A DNA stretch of 63,331 bases, counting the filler, from Globobulimina sp. (taxonomy: Eukaryota): assembly GCA_003354225.1 (NCBI GenBank). It is 37 parts of 37 records of this genome, joined end to end, with 100 filler letters (N's around TTAATTAATTAA, not from the genome) between each part and the next. Parts side by side here need not be neighbours in the genome. Positions count along the whole stretch, not along the records: positions 48,013 to 49,626 come from PIVH01014104.1; positions 49,727 to 51,340 come from PIVH01014105.1; positions 51,441 to 53,053 come from PIVH01014106.1; positions 53,154 to 54,766 come from PIVH01014107.1; positions 54,867 to 56,479 come from PIVH01014108.1; positions 56,580 to 58,192 come from PIVH01014109.1; positions 58,293 to 59,905 come from PIVH01014110.1; positions 60,006 to 61,618 come from PIVH01014111.1; 29 more parts are not named here. One strand, given 5' to 3'. Under the pieces are notes generated by a model that saw only the letters and a list, made by a program, of their open reading frames with translations, was not told where the DNA came from and made no database searches. This document shows positions 48,393 to 61,013 of the stretch, piece by piece. A program made the position numbers and the translations under genes. Position 1 is the stretch's first letter. The number at the start of each line of letters is the position of its first letter.

Positions 48393-48530
48393 TCGACGTT
48401 GTGGTGCAAGAATGAGCTAACTCCAATATTTCTTAAAATTTTGTCATAAAACGCTTTCATATCCTAATTTTAACTATTTGATTTTTTCCAATTTTCATGC
48501 AGTTAGCTCATTCTTGCACCACAGCATCGA
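48393..48530. mobile_element. Stowaway/Tc1-mariner-like MITE (138 bp)
   Basis: ~30-bp TIRs TCGAYGYTGTGGTGCAAGAATGAGCTAACT with TA on both flanks. Confidence 0.75.
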
Positions 48531-50061
48531 TACACTAGTGTATAATAGGTATGTACTATAGAAAAAAGTTCTCGGAGAACACAAAGGCATAATATGGTTG
48601 TCCGTTTACTTACATGTTAAAAAGGGTTTCTGGCAAATCGGTTACTTGTCTGAGTTATGGTTATTAGCCAAAAACTTAGCTCTAATTAGCTATTAATTAG
48701 GTCACTTTCGGTCGGTTTAGAGAAATGCTGCTGTGTGGAATGAATGAAAATCAATTGTAGGCGTAGGTTACCTCCAAATCGGACACTTCTTAATGGGGTT
48801 GTGGACGAAAAGCAGGTCACTTCCGGTCGGTTTAGACAAAATGTAATACAGTAATACGCGCAATGAACTCCCCGTACCCAAAAACCCTGGGGGTAGGACT
48901 AACTTTCAGAACTATCTGACCACTGGAAACATGAGGAGTACCAGTTAGCCTTATGGAGGAATAAGGAGGAGGAAGGAGGTAGGAGAAAATTAGAACGAAG
49001 CATTATTGACTGAAACAATTAAAAGAATTATGTACCTAACGCTTGTAACAAAACTTGTTATATGTTTGGTTGATAGGTCATAACGCATATCTACAACTAC
49101 AATTCATTTCGTTTCATTCCTTGCTGCTTTTAGGAGGTAGAAAAGATTGTCCGATTTTTGTGCATTGGGCAAGTCCACCATATATGGCCTTGTAATATGC
49201 GCAAGGTATGATATTGCTCTAAATTTTCAAGATATTGGTGAAATTCGGTTTTTCAAGAAAAATTCGTTTAATTTCTCAAAAATAGTAAATTAGTTGCAAA
49301 ATTTGTTATTGCAAAGACTCTTATACAGGAACACGTCATCTACATCGAGTTTTCTCATTTAATAATCGAATTTTGAGTCGTTATTATGCATTTTCGCAAT
49401 TTTTTTGTTACTTGGAAAAAATACCTAAAAAATACTTATACTTGAGTATACTCAAGTATTTATGAAATACCTACCCATACTTATACTTGAATTTTTGAGA
49501 AATCACATACCTACCCATACTTATACTTGGCCGAAAATCGTATACTTTTAAAACAGTAGGTGGAAGGCCATGTAAAATGCCGATATGTTGCGATATTATG
49601 TAGATGGTCCTCTTTGGTCTGACCCTNNNNNNNNNNNNNNNNNNNNNNNNNNNNNNNNNNNNNNNNNNNNTTAATTAATTAANNNNNNNNNNNNNNNNNN
49701 NNNNNNNNNNNNNNNNNNNNNNNNNNTAAAAAAAAAAAAAAAAAAGTTAGTCACTTATTTACATCTATTATAAACAAACATGAGCAGACCGAAAAAAACA
49801 AAATCTAAATGTACACTACAAGCCGCGAGCGAAAATATAATAAAATGTCTTGTACAAAATTTGAATAATAACCAATAACTACATTTGGGAACACCAGCAA
49901 AAAACGACAAATATTAGCAGCAAAAAACGCAATTAAAAAAGACAGAGAGACAAAAAATAAGATGACAAAAAGGAAATGACAGATTTAAATTGATAATATC
50001 TACAATGTCATGACAAAATAAACTGTTTTTTTTATTAACGAGTGTATTATATTCATTAAGC

Positions 50062-51340
50062 TTAGGCACAACTGGCAAAAACTATGACCATTAATAATGT
50101 ATACGTATAAGTATAAGGAAGCATAGTCTGTGCTTTATTGGCATCAGTGGCCACTGGTTCAGCGGTGCTTGCATTTGGCGAAACAGCAGTAGTTGAGGCA
50201 TAAGCAGTAGGTATGGCAGTGGTGGGTGCAGCAGTGGTTGGCATGCCAGTGGTTGGTATGGCAGTGGTTGGTATGGCAGTGGTTGGTATGGCAGTGGTTG
50301 GTATGGCAGTGCTCTCAGGGACAGCAGTCGTTGTATATGCTGTTGTTGGTTGGAAACACGGAGTCCTCTCACTAGCCGCTGTCCCAGTATACGATAAAAG
50401 TGGTGGTTCACCACAGGCTATGTTTTGAGATGGTGCCTCGCTTAATGTATAATGGCGTGAATATTGTGTACAACCTCGATCAGAATACACACAGACTTGT
50501 ACATTGAATGGTGGATCTAACGAGGAATCATTATAAACTTCATACGTATCATAACCATCACCACCGATCTGCAAACATAAATTAGGTAATAAGGTTTGGT
50601 GCGAGTACATAGCACAGTTATTTGCATCCCAATACCATGGAAAAACCGCATAGTCACTGCAGGTTTGGTTACGGCTACAATCAAACGTTGATGCATCTGA
50701 AAATGTAGTGAGTGTTGAGAGTGCGGCACCGTTACATCCTGAATTTAATGCATATTGATTCTGTAGCACTTGAGCACCATTACTGGCACAGGTAAACATA
50801 ATATCAGTTACACCGCCATTGCCTCCCGGAAGACAAACACCAATGGCTTGATAGCCCAAGTTAGTAATCACATAATTACACTGTGGTATATCCCCAGGAA
50901 GAGCTGTAGTGACATTCGAATCTCCTCCATCCACATTGCAGGTCTTGGTCGTAATTGGTGTGCCTGTATAGGATAAAAGGTGTACAGCACCACATGCGAT
51001 ATTGGCAGACGGTATATCGCTTAATGTGTAACAGCGTTCATATTGCGTACAATCAGCATCTGTAAAATGAAATGCTTGCATATTAAATGGTGGATCTGCC
51101 GTGGAATCATTATAAATTTCATATGTTTCATAAGCGCCGCCTCCAAAAAAACATAAATCATTATTTGGTGATATTAGTGTTTGATGTGAATATATGGAGC
51201 AATCACTTGCATTATAATAGTAAGCAAAAACCGCATAATCAGTGCATGTGGATTGACTGCAATCAAAACCCGATGTAAAAACATTAAGGGTGCTATATGA
51301 ACCCGTGCATCCTGAATTTAATGCATATGAGTTTTGTAAC
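50062..51340 (-). CDS. Cys-rich tandem-domain surface protein with PTTAI repeats and GPI-like C-terminus; 5' truncated
   Basis: Frame open to contig end; repeated unit (YALNSGC, CxDYAVF, YSHQTL, DPPFN); 15-bp tandem repeats at 50210-50310. Confidence 0.85.
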
Positions 51341-51597
51341 NNNNNNNNNNNNNNNNNNNNNNNNNNNNNNNNNNNNNNNNNNNNTTAATTAATTAANNNN
51401 NNNNNNNNNNNNNNNNNNNNNNNNNNNNNNNNNNNNNNNNCTTGTTTTTGTCTCTGTAAATTTGTTGCTTTGTTTGTTGTTTTGATGATGTTGATGAGGA
51501 AGATAAAGAGGAGGTGTTTGATTGTTTTGAGGATGACATTATGTTAATTTTATGGGTTCAAAAACGATAATGTAAATAATGCCAATTTGCAACATAG

Positions 51598-51800
51598 ACG
51601 CAGAGGAAAGTAGACGCAGCTGACCGAAATGATGAGTTACAAAAAGCAATCGAAGCAAGTAAAGTTTCATTCAAAATGAATGAGGAAAAAAAAGGGAAAA
51701 AAAGAACATTTGATGAGGTGGATGGCTTGAATGACTTGGGTGAATTAGAAATATCTAAAAATAAAAATGTAAACGCAAAAAAACAAAAACTTAACAAGTA
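51598..51800 (+). CDS. Last exon of a UIM-containing protein
   Basis: After a CATAG acceptor: ...RNDELQKAIEASKVSF...KKQKLNK-stop. Confidence 0.45.
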
Positions 51801-51841
51801 ATTATTTAGAGTATTTTTAGCGAAGTAATTATTTAATTAAC

Positions 51842-52498
51842 ATGTCCGCTGTTTTTTTTCGCCATTTTATTAAAAAAGCAACAACAATTCCCAAAACACG
51901 AGTATTTACACCATTGCAGACGATAAACAGTAGAGACTATGATGAAAAAGTGGTGGAGCATTTTAATAACCCGCGAAACGTCGGGACAATGGATATTGTT
52001 TAGTTTCTATAGCTTTTTTATGTGAATCTTGTGATAATTGAGGTGTGACACACAGACAGACGAGAATGTCGGCACAGGTTTAGTTGGAGCGCCAGCATGC
52101 GGAGATGTTATGGTATGTTTCCGTTTATTTTCATGCAATTTTAACCATACAAAGTTTATTGGACATGACATAAAAAACAGAGGTTCCAATTTAAAGTGGA
52201 TGATGATGGAAAAATCATCGATAGTTGTTTTAAAACCTTTGGGTGTGGTTCAGCCATTGCTTCATCGTCATTAGCAACCGAAAAAATAATAGGAATGCAT
52301 GTTGATGAGGCCTCACAATTAACAAACAAAGATATTGCAAAGGCATTAAACTTACCGCCTGTAAAACTACATTGTAGTATGTTGGCAGAGGATGGAATAA
52401 AAGCTGCCATTCAGGACTTACAAAAGAAAAAACAAGCAAAACAATTGCAAGCGAATAAGGACATCGAAACAGGAAAACAATCCACGTCTTCTTCGTAA
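51842..52498 (+). CDS. ISCU: Mitochondrial Fe-S scaffold ISCU/Isu1; introns 51998-52055 and 52113-52180
   Basis: Presequence; YDEKVVEHFNNPRNVG, GLVGAPACGDVM, FKTFGCGSAIASSS, LPPVKLHCSMLAED. Confidence 0.97.
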
Positions 52499-52671
52499 AA
52501 CCTTCTTAATTACAGTGTTTTAATTTTATTTTTGTCACTTTCATAATTGGTTTTAATACCCCTCGCCTCGTCGATCAATCTGTTGCGCTGCGCAAGGATA
52601 TTTTAGAAGCAATCTGTAATCTGTGAGTATGGAGCCGGACTTTGTTTTATTTAAAATGAAAGAAAAAATAG

Positions 52672-53053
52672 TCAATCTGATAAAATTGATAATATTTCGC
52701 TGTTTTCCTTGTGTCTAGGGTCAATTTGATCGATTTTGATTAGATGTCTTGGTGCTATTACTGCTACTTTTGTTTTATAATCAAATTTATAATTTGTGGC
52801 TTTTGCAACTGAGACAAGATATGTATTGGGCTTTGGTAGAAACGAATTAATTGTACATAACTCCCATATGTACTTTGCAAAACAATGGCAATCTGCAGAT
52901 CCAACAGCATATTTTATTTCATTTCGTTGATTACAATGTATGAGAAGATCGTGTAAATTGATACGTTTTAACGAATATTTTGTTCGTTTGGCACAATACA
53001 CTTTTCCAACCATTCCAAACAACGCAGTGCGTGAAATAAAATCGCTTTGATAT
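52672..53053 (-). CDS. C-terminal part of a hypothetical protein, possibly permuted papain-like
   Basis: YAVGSADCHCFAKYIW resembles the Y-x-L-x-x-NC-x-HFA motif. Confidence 0.35.
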
Positions 53054-53153
53054 NNNNNNNNNNNNNNNNNNNNNNNNNNNNNNNNNNNNNNNNNNNNTTA
53101 ATTAATTAANNNNNNNNNNNNNNNNNNNNNNNNNNNNNNNNNNNNNNNNNNNN

Positions 53154-54742
53154 ACTGTAAGTTACACGGTCAACGCGTCGGGTTTGAATTGAATGGCATC
53201 ACTCACAAATACAAAATCATTGCCATTGACGGCATGAAGCAGTTCGTACAGTGTTATTGGAAGAAAAATACCCGAAATACCTGGATTGAAACGCACAATT
53301 TCCAGTGCAAAGCCACGACGCCACGGCCCCATCCACCGCGGTCTGTGGGTTCCAATAAGGAAAATGAAGAGGACCGGCATGCAAATATCAACATCAATGA
53401 TGGCAATATAAGTTAGATTTCATTTGTGTTTCTACGGCAATTTACATAAAAAAAATAAATTGTATACAAAGGTTCGCATTCGAGTCGGAAACGGCGACAC
53501 AAAAAACGCAGAGCATCGTCCACGCGGTCACAGCCTCACAATTCCAAGAAAGAGAAATCTGTATCGGAGTGCTCGAAAAGTGAACAAATCCGCAAAGCAA
53601 ACAACAATAACACGCATAATATAAATAATATCAATAATGGACAGGTTACGTTGGATTTAGCGCGATATCAACAGCTACAAACTCAGGCGCGATTTTATAA
53701 CAATTCGCTGCATGCTGGCAATGCTCGACCGGGTACCCCGCAATCGCAGTTTTTACGCGGTGTGTTTCCATCGCCATTGGCAGGGCACAGGCGAGGTGGC
53801 GCTGTGTATAGATACGAAGCGGAGAAGTACAGAGTTGGCGAGAAGAGACCTCGCGAGGATGGATTATGTGGTGGACAGTCCCAGTCACAGCCACATAAAC
53901 GACAGAGGTTGAATGGCGACGGTGGTGGTGGTGGTGGTAATGATATATTGCGCTTAGTGGCGATTCAACCGCCACAACCTGCACATATGGAGATGCCTGA
54001 GTTGCAGCCAAGTAATACCCCCAAAGCGAATAAGACTAAGCAGTCCCACTTGCGTGCCTCTCCCATGCCGAGTCCATCATTTAGCGACGCTCAAAGTAAA
54101 AAAACTCAGAGTGAAAACTTTGCAGATGATGTCTCCTCGAACCACTCTGTCGCTTCCGGTGTTGGCTCGCAGTCTCAGTCTCAGTCTCAATCGCAATCGC
54201 AATCGCCGAAGGTGCGGTTGTCGGTGGCTGAGAATATTGGTATTAATGTAGGTGTGGATGGCGATAAAAATAGCAATATTAACGAGTCTGATACAGACAG
54301 TCAAGATACTATAATGGAGGCAAATAACCATAACCATAATCACAATCACCATCATTGTGTGGCGGAGAGGCGGCATGTTTTAAGCGAGCCGCCTCCACAT
54401 AAGAGTGCGAGGTACCGTGTAGACTCTGGATTGCATGGCTATGGAGGCGGAGGTTATGGTTACGGCGCATATGGCTATGGCTATGGATTCCGATATGGAT
54501 ATTTCACCAATAACATGGTGCCTATATGTTTCCCGATGGTTTCGATGGAGCGGATAACGGAGAAAATAATGGATAAAAATCTATCCAATCGGGAGAGAAT
54601 TGATAGTTTAAAATCGATAGTTAAATATTTAACCAATTGTCAGAATACAATGAATGAAATGTGGGGACAGATTGGGTCGCAGTGTCAAAATGTCATACGC
54701 TGCGTGGAGGCCATCATACAAGATTTGCAAGAACATTGTTGA
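53154..54742 (+). CDS. Low-complexity, likely nuclear protein; intron 53412-53471; possible chromo-like segment at the 5' end
   Basis: Splicing joins ORFs 53189 and 53651 in frame; basic NLS-like, SQ, NH and GY repeats; C-terminal coiled coil. Confidence 0.55.
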
Positions 54743-54866
54743 AATGCTGAGGTTGACCAATGTAATNNNNNNNNNNNNNNNNNNNNNNNNNNNNNNNNNN
54801 NNNNNNNNNNTTAATTAATTAANNNNNNNNNNNNNNNNNNNNNNNNNNNNNNNNNNNNNNNNNNNN

Positions 54867-56479
54867 TGCCGCGTGCCCTTGGTGCCATCCGTGATGACCC
54901 GATACGAGAAAATCTCGCCTGTAATGGGATCTACATCTTTAGGCCTCACAAACTGTGGCACGCATCATTTCACTCTGCCTACCCAACCAATACATTTTCC
55001 AAGGCACATATCTTTGGTCAGATCCTCCGCAATGACCAAGCGCTCTTTCCTCCCAATGTCATTAATGTCATAAGTCTTCTGATTCATAGGTTTATTGTCT
55101 ACATTATCAATGCCTAATTCCCATCCATATCGAAGGTAATGTTGGTTAATAAAGCAGAGATATAAGTACTTCTCTGGCTCGCTATTGGCAATGATAAACG
55201 GTATAACCTCATCAAACCATACGTGATTTGCCTCTATCAGCGGCGACATAAAATATGTGGACTTCCTATACGCGGAATGGAATGCTGCCATAATCAATCT
55301 CTCCGTGCCTAATTAATAATAATGTGCATTGCGTCAGATACAAATACCGTTAGTATACACAAAGTTATCTCAATATTTGTGCACACAACAAATCGCCTCC
55401 TACTGCCAAAACTCACAAAACACAACCTCCAATTCTCAACTTCTTATGCAAACAAAGTTGGCGGTAACCTACCCCTTTCCTACCAAGACCAAGGCGTGAG
55501 TTTTTGCAAAGCTCTCATAAAAACTTGAGCCAAACGAAACCCAAACCCGTCAGACAGTCTTGTTACGTTTCACCAAAGCTACAAACGTCTACGCCAACTC
55601 TCAGCAGTGTGAAGTGCCTACACCGAGTCTTCGACTTTTGTTTTTAGCAATCAACTCTCAGCACATAGCCTAAACCAAGTTGTGGTGAAATTAAATTAAA
55701 AAGGAAAGCCACAAAACCACACCCACTCACATTATTTATATATATTGGAAAAAAGAAACATATTTTATAAAGATATACGTATACGGAGACCGGACACAAA
55801 AACCGGACGTTCAGATAAGAGTTATTCAAGAAACACAAAAAAGATATTCAAAAACGATTATAAATATTTGAAATATGTGCGAATACTGTGAATATAATTG
55901 GAAAATAATAATATGTAAATAATTTGAGATTGACGCTGCCGAATCATTCGACAAATCAATGGCCAGCACCCGCAAAATGTTTATTTTGCGCATTCGGACA
56001 GTTTTTAGTGGTATGAGCATTGGCTAAACCACATATGGTGCAATAATGCGGCCATTTGCATCGCATAAAATCCTGGTGATATGTACACAGCGGCAATGAG
56101 TCATCGTCGAAATATCGACACGGCGGCGTTCCAGCAACTTCAGGCCTTACAAAATGATGCCCCTGCTTCAATACATAGTGTACCTCCCCCGCTCGACGCC
56201 GATTTGCAATCTGTCTGTTATTGAATGTGGCTCTATTCTGGCCACGGAACTGATCACTATTCCCGACATTCTGTGGCTGCCCGGTGTTGGTAGTCCCCCT
56301 CTGACGCGGTGGGAAACCGTAATTCGTATTTGGTGTCACCTCATACTGCTGATGTGGACCACCAGTCTTCTGACGATTTGCTGCATGTACTGGCATTGGC
56401 GGAGGTCGATAAATATATTGCGGTCCATTATTATTATAGTTGTTGGCATTTCGTAGTCGGTCACGGTTATTGTACGTAT
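54867..56479 (-). mobile_element. Decayed DIRS/Ngaro-like retrotransposon fragment: gag C-terminus and start of RT
   Basis: gag zinc finger CTYHQDFMRCKWPHYCTICGLANAHTTKNC; downstream LRYGWELG...VPQFVRPKD...YRVITDG with in-frame stops. Confidence 0.6.
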
Positions 56480-56579
56480 NNNNNNNNNNNNNNNNNNNNN
56501 NNNNNNNNNNNNNNNNNNNNNNNTTAATTAATTAANNNNNNNNNNNNNNNNNNNNNNNNNNNNNNNNNNNNNNNNNNNN

Positions 56580-57409
56580 AAGAGAAGCGCAACGAGCAAA
56601 AAACGGATTGCAATGCCTGTCAAGTTTGTTACTGTGAGTTCGATGAGGTTTGTTATCTCAATCCGTCCAGAAAAGTTTTGTTTAATTTGTGCATTGTTTG
56701 CCATGCACTGCAGGATGAGGGCAAATTGATTGTTATGGAGGAGCATTGCCAACATGCAATGATTTGTGCTTCGTGTTTTCGACAGCATTTAAAGGTGAAA
56801 ATAAAAGACGACGACATCACACCATGGATTCCCTGCGCTGCGCCGGACTGTAAAGCACCGATTTGCTGTAATCTGTTGTTGCAGTTTTTGGAATTGAAGG
56901 ATTTGTATAAGTTTGCCGAAGGATTTGTGCGTAAACATTTAGCGCGGAATAACAATTGGATTCGATGCGGAACTAAACATTGTAACTTTGGGTGGATGAT
57001 TTTGGATGAAAATGCCACAAAACTGCATAAGGTGAAATGTCGCGCTTGCAATAAGAGACAAACTGTTTGTAAAGACCCCATTCAATCTGATGTCGGTTTT
57101 AATGAGTTGATTAAATCGGGCGTTTTGCGCTTATGTCCAAAGTGTTCATTGCCGACTATGAAAGACAAAGGGATGTGCAATGTGATGGATTGCGGGAAGT
57201 GTGGCATTTATTGGAATTGGAAAACTCGCGAAACGGGAACGAGTTCGAGTCAGTTAAAAAACAGAGCGAGAAGCAACGGCACTTTGTGGGAGCCGGGCGA
57301 GTTGGCTTATCAACAAAAATTACAACAAACCGATTTACCGGAATTTAAAAAATTACTCCAAAGGAACGGGATTAAATATAATCCAAATTATGTCCGAGGA
57401 ACTAGATAA
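56580..57409 (+). CDS. RBR (RING-IBR-RING) E3 ubiquitin ligase, C-terminal part
   Basis: CQHAMICASC, IPCAAPDC, IBR WIRC..C..VKCRAC, RING2 CPKC...KDKGMCNVMDCGKC. Confidence 0.85.
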
Positions 57410-57514
57410 TGTTTTCTTTTCTGCTTCACTCATCTTTTATGGCTAAACAAAATAAGTAATTTTATAACGGTTCACAGTTCTAAACACTTCTTTTGTCATT
57501 GACAAGTTTTTTAA

Positions 57515-57734
57515 AGTGTATACGATCTCTAAAGGGGTTTGTATGCAAATATATATCTCTACATCTAGTTATTCAGAGACAGTGATCAATTCATCTTTAC
57601 GTCATGAGTTGATTTGAATATAATTGATAATTAAACCAAACATATAAATCATAAATTATTTTTATTTCAATATCAAGCGACTCGATGTAGAGAAATATAT
57701 TTGCATACAAACCCCTTTAGAGATCATATACACT
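57515..57734. mobile_element. MITE-like foldback with ~55-bp inverted termini
   Basis: AGTGTATAYGATCTCTAAAGGGGTTTGTATGCAAATATAT... present in both orientations; no clear TSD. Confidence 0.75.
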
Positions 57735-57762
57735 CCATCATAGGCTCAAAGCACTCGAACTC

Positions 57763-58085
57763 ATGCAAGGCGAATTCGACCGGATAAATTCCAAAGGTCG
57801 AATGGCGAAAGACACCTCACCAGAAATAGAAGCGGAGGAAGAGCCACATGAATGGTGGACGTGGTTATTCTTTGGATGTTTCATGACAATATCAATGGTT
57901 GGGTTTGCACATCAATTCTATTCACGATATTTGCTGTATAGAAGGAAGGCGACTTGTACAGGAACAGTAATTCGAAAATGGACGACCTTCTCATACGACG
58001 AGGAGCGGGAATATTTAGTATATCACGTTAAATATGAATTTGGTGCCAAGATATCACGCAGTGGAATTAGCGAAATAGTATATTC
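57763..58085 (+). CDS. First exon of a membrane protein (TM followed by a DUF3592-like beta region)
   Basis: TM WWTWLFFGCFMTISMVGF then TCTGTVIRKW...YLVYHVKYEF. Confidence 0.45.
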
Positions 58086-58461
58086 TGTTACTTTTATAGA
58101 ATCGAGTACATTCTATACGTTTGAGAAAAAATCCGAGATTTTGTTTTTTTTAGTACGAGTTTTGAAAATACCTTTTTCCAGACAGTAGTTCTNNNNNNNN
58201 NNNNNNNNNNNNNNNNNNNNNNNNNNNNNNNNNNNNTTAATTAATTAANNNNNNNNNNNNNNNNNNNNNNNNNNNNNNNNNNNNNNNNNNNNGAGGTTGG
58301 TCCACATAAACGAATCCTAAACGACTCCACATTGATAACCACACCCAAACCACACCCAAACCACACCCAATCCACTAAAAAATCGTAAAGTGCGACACGA
58401 TTAACACACTTTCACTAAAATATTGCAGCTGTTTTCAAATCCGTACAGTCACTTTAGTCTC

Positions 58462-59905
58462 ATGTCGGTTGTGGTCAGTGGTATATGCATTGGCCAATGT
58501 TACAGGATCATTGAAACAGAGAGCTCAAAATGCATAGCCTACGATAAGAGTTAATCTATTTTAGTTTCTATGCCTATATAAAATCGTATATAATATAATA
58601 TTTTTGTGCAGATTCAAGGAGAATTGCATTGGTCGCAATAAGTGCAAGTGATGATTTGTATGACAAATGGTATTTTGAACCATTACCCAACAATTATTTT
58701 CTTATTCGAAACAGAACCGTTCATTGTACGCTTGCGGTGGACTCCGGCACTGAGAAGAAATCAAAATCAAAATTAAAATTAGATGATACACCGTTTGCTG
58801 ATGTAAATGACTCAAATTCCTTTCTTTTAAGCTATGAAAGTGGTACAGTAGCAATTGAAAATAAATCTGGTTTAATAAACAACAAATTGTCCATCTCCAA
58901 TAAAAATAAAGCACATTTCTTTGGTTTACAAAAAACTAAAACCAAACGTCATTATTTATATCGACTTAAATCGGGAACATTGCGCTCATTGGATTTGGAA
59001 GATGGCTCTGCGGAAACCACGTCCTGCTGTGCCTGGATGGAGAATGGCTCCGTGAGTCAAGTATGGCGGTTTGAAAATGGTCCGAACGAGTTTAATGACT
59101 CCGTGTTTGTGGTAAACAATTTGAATGGCCGCGTGTTGGATATCTATGGCTGTCAAAGAGAAGAAGGTGCCATGTTACGTATGAGCAAAATGAAAGCCTT
59201 CGACGACAAATCCGTCACAAATCAATTGTGGAGACTGCAATTTCACCAAAAACTCGGCTGTTATCGAATACGCAGTGTTCACAGCAAAGATATGTGTGTC
59301 AATATCGCCGGATTTGACAATAAAACCATGTTACTTTGGGAGGTCCATCCAGCTCATCCAAGCAATGAATCGTGGACATTTGAGCCATATTTTGTTGATC
59401 GGCCGTTGATACAAAATAAAAATATGCCAACGGAGCAGAAAAATGCCGACAATGATAATGGCATTAATGGCGGCTGGCAGATCGAGAAACAATTAGCAAC
59501 GGATACGGATACAAACACATTTTGCGTATTTGGCGACAATATCACAGATCGAAAGAATCACGAATATGATTATCGCGCTTTTTGCGTGGAATGGTTTGGA
59601 ATGGATCGATATTCTCATTTAATGGCATCTGCCTCACCCGATCACACTGTCAAATTATGGAACATTGACAAGGATAAAATCCATAAAAAAGATAAAACGC
59701 GCATCAATATCACCGCCTTTATGGAGCTTTTGGCGCCGGGTTGGATAAATAATATGAAAGTAATTCCAAATCAGAATGGCGACGCCGACACACTGCAAAT
59801 TGTGGTCACCATTCGCGAAAATAAAATATTTAAATATGAGATCCCAAAAACACTTATTTCACCATATTTAGAGCAGGGTCCTGGTCCTGGTTATAATCAT
59901 AAAGG
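58462..59905 (+). CDS. Ricin-type beta-trefoil lectin protein followed by WD40 repeat; intron 58550-58611; 3' truncated
   Basis: QxW repeats (SQVWRF, NQLWRL, NESWTF), GRVLDI; WD40 ASASPDHTVKLWN. Confidence 0.8.
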
Positions 59906-60029
59906 NNNNNNNNNNNNNNNNNNNNNNNNNNNNNNNNNNNNNNNNNNNNTTAATTAATTAANNNNNNNNNNNNNNNNNNNNNNNNNNNNNNNNNNNNNNN
60001 NNNNNACATTTATAATAGATTTCAGACTT

Positions 60030-61013
60030 TTATCTTACAAACATGTCCAACAAGTCGTCAGTTTGAGACATTATATCATGATGCGTTTTATTTGCAAATT
60101 CAATCAAAACCGATCCTTTAATAAATTTATTCAAACATTTCTGCATTGCGGGTACATTGATGGTATCGTTCAGATTGCTCGATATTATTACTTTTTCGAT
60201 TGTTGATATTTCACCAAAATCAATGTCACTCCAATTTGATATCACATATTCGCTCATTACAGTTAATCCAATGCATGATTTACAGAAAGATCTCTTCATT
60301 GAATTCCAAACCATTGCATTCATATTCTTTGGTTTGACAAATTTCTCCATAAACGAAGTAGTAATTAAATTGGAAGTAATCACTGACATTATATCTCGAA
60401 CATATTTTACACCCAAAAAATATCGAATATTGCTCTCAATCTTTGTTGGAAATGGCTCACATTTGCCATAATACATTGACATAGGAACAAATAATCCCAA
60501 TTTGGAAATCCTGTGCGGATATACGGATGCAATGGACATTGAATATAAAGCACCCGCCGACCATCCAGCTAACAAAAACTTATTAATCTGTAAAAAATCC
60601 ATTAATTGCATAAAATCGTTTGCTTCGCTTAATATTGAATGTGTCTGTTTCGTTTTGTTTGACATTGCTTTGGAAGGAGAGGACCGGCCCCATCCTGGGA
60701 TAGAAGGTGAGATTACGTTCAATTTGAGCTGTTTGAAGAGGTTGTTATTTCTGTATGAGACTGATCCTTCGGTCATAACTCCATGGATTGTTAATAAATA
60801 TGTGTTTGAATTCATATCACCGAAACGGAAATATTCCAATGATCTGCCATCTGATAGCTTGAATAAATGCTGATGTGGTTTAATTTCGTTTGGAGTCAGT
60901 TGATGGCAATGCATGTCATCATACTCAGGTGGATCCAATGCATATTGCAGCAGGACAGCAGTGAGTATTATAAATATTGTGCAAGTGTGGACGCAGCATT
61001 TGAAATATGTCAT
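60030..61013 (-). CDS. Alpha/beta hydrolase with N-terminal signal or anchor
   Basis: LSDGRSLEY, IHG, PGWGRS, nucleophile elbow GWSAG, Asp (DTIN) and His (THH). Confidence 0.88.
   Translation of the reverse strand: MTYFKCCVHTCTIFIILTAVLLQYALDPPEYDDMHCHQLTPNEIKPHQHLFKLSDGRSLEYFRFGDMNSNTYLLTIHGVMTEGSVSYRNNNLFKQLKLNVISPSIPGWGRSSPSKAMSNKTKQTHSILSEANDFMQLMDFLQINKFLLAGWSAGALYSMSIASVYPHRISKLGLFVPMSMYYGKCEPFPTKIESNIRYFLGVKYVRDIMSVITSNLITTSFMEKFVKPKNMNAMVWNSMKRSFCKSCIGLTVMSEYVISNWSDIDFGEISTIEKVIISSNLNDTINVPAMQKCLNKFIKGSVLIEFANKTHHDIMSQTDDLLDMFVR

Noticed and set aside
49727..49745. A-run as a retrocopy poly(A) tail
   Set aside because: It is on the strand opposite to the adjacent gene and at a contig edge
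51991..52058. Possible AT-AC minor intron in ISCU
   Set aside because: A canonical GT-AG intron (51998-52055) restores the frame
54965..55640. Stop-codon reassignment suggested by in-frame stops
   Set aside because: Host genes end normally at TAA, TAG and TGA; these stops lie in a decayed element
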